Assembly (NCBI GenBank): GCA_964409675.1
Contig: CAYPEF010000003.1
Location: 1-48,018, forward strand
Reading direction: 5' to 3'
Length of the DNA: 48,018 nucleotides
DNA from: an uncultured Rickettsiales bacterium
GTDB taxonomy: Bacteria; Pseudomonadota; Alphaproteobacteria; Rickettsiales; SXRF01
Made by a program: the position numbers and the translations under genes
The notes under the pieces: generated by a model
The model's database searches: none
What the model was told of the DNA's origin: nothing
What the model saw: the letters and a program-made list of their open reading frames with translations, nothing else
Part shown: in pieces, positions 44,432 to 48,018 of the stretch
How the letters are laid out: every line of letters starts with the position of its first letter
Numbering within the stretch: position 1 is the first letter of the stretch

Positions 44432-45049
44432 TTACGCCATTGCCTTATCGGCTTTGGGCGCATATTCCGTGCCGAAAATGGCCTGCTCGATCAGCGAGCA
44501 ATAGATATGGCCGAGCAGCATATGGCATTCCTGGATTTTCGGCGTCTCGTTCGAAGGCATGCACAGGCAGAGATCGCACAGAGCCTTCATTTTCCCCCCG
44601 CTTTTACCGGTCTTGCCGATCACCGCGATTCCTTTAGCTTTCGCCGCCTCGATAGCCTTCAGGATATTGGGTGAATTGCCGGAGGTGGAGATGGCAATCA
44701 GCACGTCTCCCTCCTGCCCCACCGCTTCCACCTGGCGGGAGAAGGCGTTTTCAAACCCGTAATCGTTGCCGATGGCAGTCAGCGCCGACGTATCCACGGT
44801 CAGCGCCAGCGCGCACAGGCCAGGACGGTTAAAATTCAGCCGCGACACCAGCTCAGCGCTTAAATGCTGCGAATCCGCCGCCGAGCCGCCATTGCCGCAG
44901 AACAGGATTTTCCTGCCCGCCCGCAGTGCCCGCTCGCAGACATCGCTTACCTCCTGCACTTGCGCAAGCAGGTTCGTATCGGCCAGTAGCGCGTCGATGG
45001 TGGCGCGGGTTTTGCGGATTTCATCGGCAATCATCGGGTGCATGGACAT
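44432..45049 (-). CDS. gmhA: Phosphoheptose (sedoheptulose-7-phosphate) isomerase, SIS domain
   Basis: FCGNGGSAADSQHLSAELVSR, TAIGNDYGFENAFSRQV, ISTSGNSPNI. Confidence 0.85.
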   Translation of the reverse strand: MSMHPMIADEIRKTRATIDALLADTNLLAQVQEVSDVCERALRAGRKILFCGNGGSAADSQHLSAELVSRLNFNRPGLCALALTVDTSALTAIGNDYGFENAFSRQVEAVGQEGDVLIAISTSGNSPNILKAIEAAKAKGIAVIGKTGKSGGKMKALCDLCLCMPSNETPKIQECHMLLGHIYCSLIEQAIFGTEYAPKADKAMA

Positions 45050-45052
45050 TCC

Positions 45053-45853
45053 TTACAAGTAATAAACGAAATTGCGCCGCCCGATATGGTAGCAGCCATA
45101 GCCGATCATCATCGCCACCACTGATACTGCGCAGGATTTCAGCAGCATGGCAAGCGTCGGCAGCGTATGATGATAGACCAGCTCCACCGCCGGCTGCATC
45201 AGGATAACAATCGGGTTCCATTGCAAGATGGCCTGCACCCATTCCGGCACGGCGGCTACCGGATAAACAATGGCGCTGAACCAGAATAGCATGTTCATGG
45301 CCACCATAATCGCCTCGCCGATATCGCGCACATACGGCGCGGTGAAGGCAATGCCGATCGCCATTCCCATGACGGCGCCCAGCACCGGCAGGAAATAAAT
45401 GGGCCATAACAGCACATGCAGCGACACCGGCGCGCCCAGCAGGGTAACGAACCCCAGCATCGTTAGAAATGCGATGAAATATGTATAGACGTTGCGGAAT
45501 ACATCCGCGATCGGGAAAATGGTGGAGGAGATCATACAGCGCTTAAGCGTCTCCCCTTGCGCCAGCAGCGACGCGCTCGCCCCGATCATCGAGGAAGAAA
45601 TGAACCCCCACAGCGGCAGTGTGCAGATGATATAAAGCGTATAATCTGAATGCGGCATGCGCATAATCATCGGCATAATCACCGAATAAACAATCACCAT
45701 CGAAAGCGGCTGGAACAGCGTCCAGAGGATGCCAAGATAGGAATTGCGGTACTGGCGCGTCAACCCGCTTTTGGCGATCAGCACGGCGGTGCGCCAGTAA
45801 TAAGGATCAAGGAATATGGCGAATTGTCGCATACGGCTAGGCACTGGCTGCAT
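45053..45853 (-). CDS. wzm: ABC-2 type polysaccharide export permease
   Basis: ~266 aa with six hydrophobic segments, ABC-2 layout. 17-nt overlap with the upstream ATPase gene. Confidence 0.8.
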   Translation of the reverse strand: MQPVPSRMRQFAIFLDPYYWRTAVLIAKSGLTRQYRNSYLGILWTLFQPLSMVIVYSVIMPMIMRMPHSDYTLYIICTLPLWGFISSSMIGASASLLAQGETLKRCMISSTIFPIADVFRNVYTYFIAFLTMLGFVTLLGAPVSLHVLLWPIYFLPVLGAVMGMAIGIAFTAPYVRDIGEAIMVAMNMLFWFSAIVYPVAAVPEWVQAILQWNPIVILMQPAVELVYHHTLPTLAMLLKSCAVSVVAMMIGYGCYHIGRRNFVYYL

Positions 45854-46625
45854 GCCTCACCTCCCCGGGCAAAGCCGTCTCAGGCGGGCGCGGCAGGTGC
45901 AGAATATCCTCGCGGTACTGGCGGATGATCTCGCGCCCCGGCCCTTCATTGATAATACGCCCCTGGTGCATCAGCACGAAGCGGTTGCATATATTAACCA
46001 TCTCGTCATGGTTATGACTGATGATAATGGTAATGGCCGCATTGTTTACCTTAGCCTTGATCGCTTCCGCCGATTTATGGGTAAAGCCTGCATCGCCGGT
46101 GGCAAAAATCTCGTCCAGCAGTAGGATGTCCGGCTCCTGGAAAATCGCCGAGGAAAAAGCCAGGCGGGAAGCCATGCCGGAGGAATAGGATTTCAGCGGC
46201 AGGTCGATTTTCTCGCCAAGCTCGGAGAATTCGATCACCTTTTCTTCAATATCCCTGGAATATTCGCGCAGCTTCCCGCGATAGGCATAGGTGAGCTTGA
46301 TATTGCCCCGTCCTGACACTTCGCTTTCAAACCCCGCCCCCATCTCGATCAACGGCACGATGGTGCCTTCCACATGCCGCACCCCGGCATGGATCGGGTA
46401 ATTGCCGGAAATTACTTTCAATAACGAAGATTTACCGCTGCCGTTCGCCCCCAGCAGGGCAATGCGGTCGCCAGCTTTGGCTTCAAACGAAACATCCTGT
46501 AAAATGGGAATGCGCACTGGGCGCAGCGAAGCGCGGCGGGTGAACCACTGCCGAAGCGTCGCCGCACGTGCATGCGTATCGATTCCGTAAACGGAAATAT
46601 TCTGAAGCTGTATCAGTGCGGACAT
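45837..46625 (-). CDS. wzt: Polysaccharide export ABC transporter ATP-binding protein (NBD only, no C-terminal carbohydrate-binding module)
   Basis: Walker A GANGSGKSS, signature YSSGMASRL, Walker B ILLLDE, H-loop SHN. 262 aa. Confidence 0.85.
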   Translation of the reverse strand: MSALIQLQNISVYGIDTHARAATLRQWFTRRASLRPVRIPILQDVSFEAKAGDRIALLGANGSGKSSLLKVISGNYPIHAGVRHVEGTIVPLIEMGAGFESEVSGRGNIKLTYAYRGKLREYSRDIEEKVIEFSELGEKIDLPLKSYSSGMASRLAFSSAIFQEPDILLLDEIFATGDAGFTHKSAEAIKAKVNNAAITIIISHNHDEMVNICNRFVLMHQGRIINEGPGREIIRQYREDILHLPRPPETALPGEVRHAASA

Positions 46626-46684
46626 GGGTTATACGTAACTCGTAATTCCTCTGCGTGTAGCACTGCACCGGGCATTCTTCAACT

Positions 46685-46718
46685 TTATTCCCTCTCCCAG
46701 CGGCGGGAGAGGGAATAA
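46685..46718. repeat. REP-like hairpin sharing the CCCTCTCCC/GGGAGAGGG core with 41279-41301
   Basis: Perfect 14-bp stem TTATTCCCTCTCCC / GGGAGAGGGAATAA with loop AGCGGC, immediately after the PMM stop codon. Confidence 0.75.
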
Positions 46719-46721
46719 GAT

Positions 46722-48018
46722 TTACGCCGCCAGCGCTTGCGCGGCGATGCCGCTGGCGCGCAGCTGTTCCAGCAATTGTGCCGAAAGTTTATCTAAATCG
46801 GCCTGCGTATAGGCTTCCGCGCGGGCGATTAACTGGCCGCCGGTGTTGGAAGCGCGCAGCAGCCACCAGCCTTCCGGCACTTCCACGCGCACGCCGTCCA
46901 CGTCGTTAAACGGAACGCCCTGTTTCTTCAGCCGCTCGCGCACCTCAGCCACCACGTCGAATTTGCGCGATTCTTCGCATTCCAGCCGGATTTCCGGGGT
47001 GTTGACCATCACGGGCAGCGCGTCCAGCATGGCGTCCAGCGGCTGCGCGGCGTTATCCGCCAGCAGATTCACCAGTCGCAGCGCCGCGTAGATCGCATCG
47101 TCGAATCCGTAATAGCCGTCGGCGAAGAACATGTGGCCGCTCATCTCGCCCGCCAGGAGCGCCTTGGTTTCCTTCATCTTGCTCTTGATCAGCGAGTGGC
47201 CGGTTTTCCACATGATACCGTTCGCGCCCTGCTTCTTCAGACCATCGAACAGCACGCGGCTGGCTTTCACGTCGCCGATCACCGTTGCGCCCGGGTGACG
47301 GGAGAGTACGTCACGCGCGTAGATCAGCAGCAGCTGGTCGCCCCACAAAATGCGGCCCTTGCGGTCGATCACGCCGAGCCGGTCGCCGTCGCCGTCGAAG
47401 GCGATGCCTAAGTCGCAGTGTTTCGCCTTCACCAACTCGCTCAGCTGGACAAGATTTTTCGGCACCGTCGGGTCCGGGTGGTGCGCCGGGAAGGTACCGT
47501 CAATTTTTGCATTGATCACATAATGCGTACCCGCCAGCGCCTTGGCGATGCGCTCCATCACTTCGCCGGTCGCCCCGTTGCCGGGGTCCCATGCCACGGT
47601 TAACGGCTTCGCCTTCGCGCCTTGCGCGAGATTCGGCGCATCGCGCAGCAAGCGCTCCATGTAATCGGCTTTCAGGTCAAATACCTGCTCGCTTCCGCCT
47701 GCCCGGTCCGGCACGCCCTGCTGCGCGCGCTGGCCCAGTTGCTTGATCTGCTCGCCGAAGAAGGAGGCGTGCCCCAGCATCATCTTGAAGCCGTTATGCG
47801 TCGGCGGGTTGTGCGAGCCGGTCACCATGATGCCCGCATCCGCGCTTAGATGATAGACGGCGAAATAAAGCATCGGCGTCGGCCCCAGCCCAACGTTCAG
47901 CACCTGCGCGCCGCCCTCCTGCAATCCCTTCGAGAGTGCCGCCGACATGGCGGGCGACGACATCCGCCCATCCCGCCCAAGCGCCACGCGTGGATTCGCC
48001 TTGCCGGAGGCTTCCGCC
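46722..48018 (-). CDS. Phosphomannomutase/phosphoglucomutase (alpha-D-phosphohexomutase), N-terminus outside the window
   Basis: GIMVTGSHNPPTHNGFKM (active-site Ser loop), FDGDGDRLGV (Mg site), GEMSGH. The frame stays open to the window edge, so the annotated 'M' at 47987 is an internal GTG Val. Confidence 0.85.
   Translation of the reverse strand, partial: AEASGKANPRVALGRDGRMSSPAMSAALSKGLQEGGAQVLNVGLGPTPMLYFAVYHLSADAGIMVTGSHNPPTHNGFKMMLGHASFFGEQIKQLGQRAQQGVPDRAGGSEQVFDLKADYMERLLRDAPNLAQGAKAKPLTVAWDPGNGATGEVMERIAKALAGTHYVINAKIDGTFPAHHPDPTVPKNLVQLSELVKAKHCDLGIAFDGDGDRLGVIDRKGRILWGDQLLLIYARDVLSRHPGATVIGDVKASRVLFDGLKKQGANGIMWKTGHSLIKSKMKETKALLAGEMSGHMFFADGYYGFDDAIYAALRLVNLLADNAAQPLDAMLDALPVMVNTPEIRLECEESRKFDVVAEVRERLKKQGVPFNDVDGVRVEVPEGWWLLRASNTGGQLIARAEAYTQADLDKLSAQLLEQLRASGIAAQALAA

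Overview
The window opens with the last ~49 nt of a 16S rRNA gene. An intrinsic terminator follows it, not an ITS/tRNA/23S, so the rrs looks unlinked. Next come two AT-richer orphan CDSs and a small housekeeping block: gshA-like ligase, rsmE, ubiA and a degenerate-GGDEF/EAL protein. One more AT-richer orphan lies at 7199-8614. From ~8.6 kb to the window edge there is a single ~39-kb surface-polysaccharide locus (O-antigen or capsule type), exported by an ABC-2 Wzm/Wzt pair. It encodes a complete GDP-D-glycero-alpha-D-manno-heptose route (gmhA, hddA, gmhB, hddC) split between the two ends of the locus. It also has a Gmd/Rmd-like SDR next to a ColD-type (His-for-Lys, no Fe-S Cys motif) 3-dehydratase, an Fcl-like epimerase/reductase, and a CDP-glucose branch (rfbF, rfbG) with a TylCIII-type C-methyltransferase. 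An RmlC-type epimerase and several further SDRs are present. Tailoring enzymes are unusually dense: six methyltransferases, three PhyH-type Fe/2OG dioxygenase-like proteins, a NodU/CmcH carbamoyltransferase, a coiled-coil sulfotransferase-like protein, a CysQ/IMPase-like phosphatase, an acyltransferase-3 protein, and a ThDP-dependent E1 alpha/beta pair with no E2/E3. There are three clear GT2 glycosyltransferases and three candidate GTs. One candidate is fused in frame to an IS5 (InsH)-type transposase N-terminal fragment. Intergenic spacers carry REP-like hairpin clusters, including two ATTCCC-N8-GGGAAT palindromes. I found no CRISPR array, tRNA, intact IS, prophage or recognisable defence system. 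The best novelty candidate is the glycan locus itself: a predicted GDP-3,6-dideoxyheptose branch, a possible ThDP-dependent branched-chain sugar step, and a natural-product-like tailoring set. All functions are inferred by eye from motifs in the supplied translations. No database search was run.
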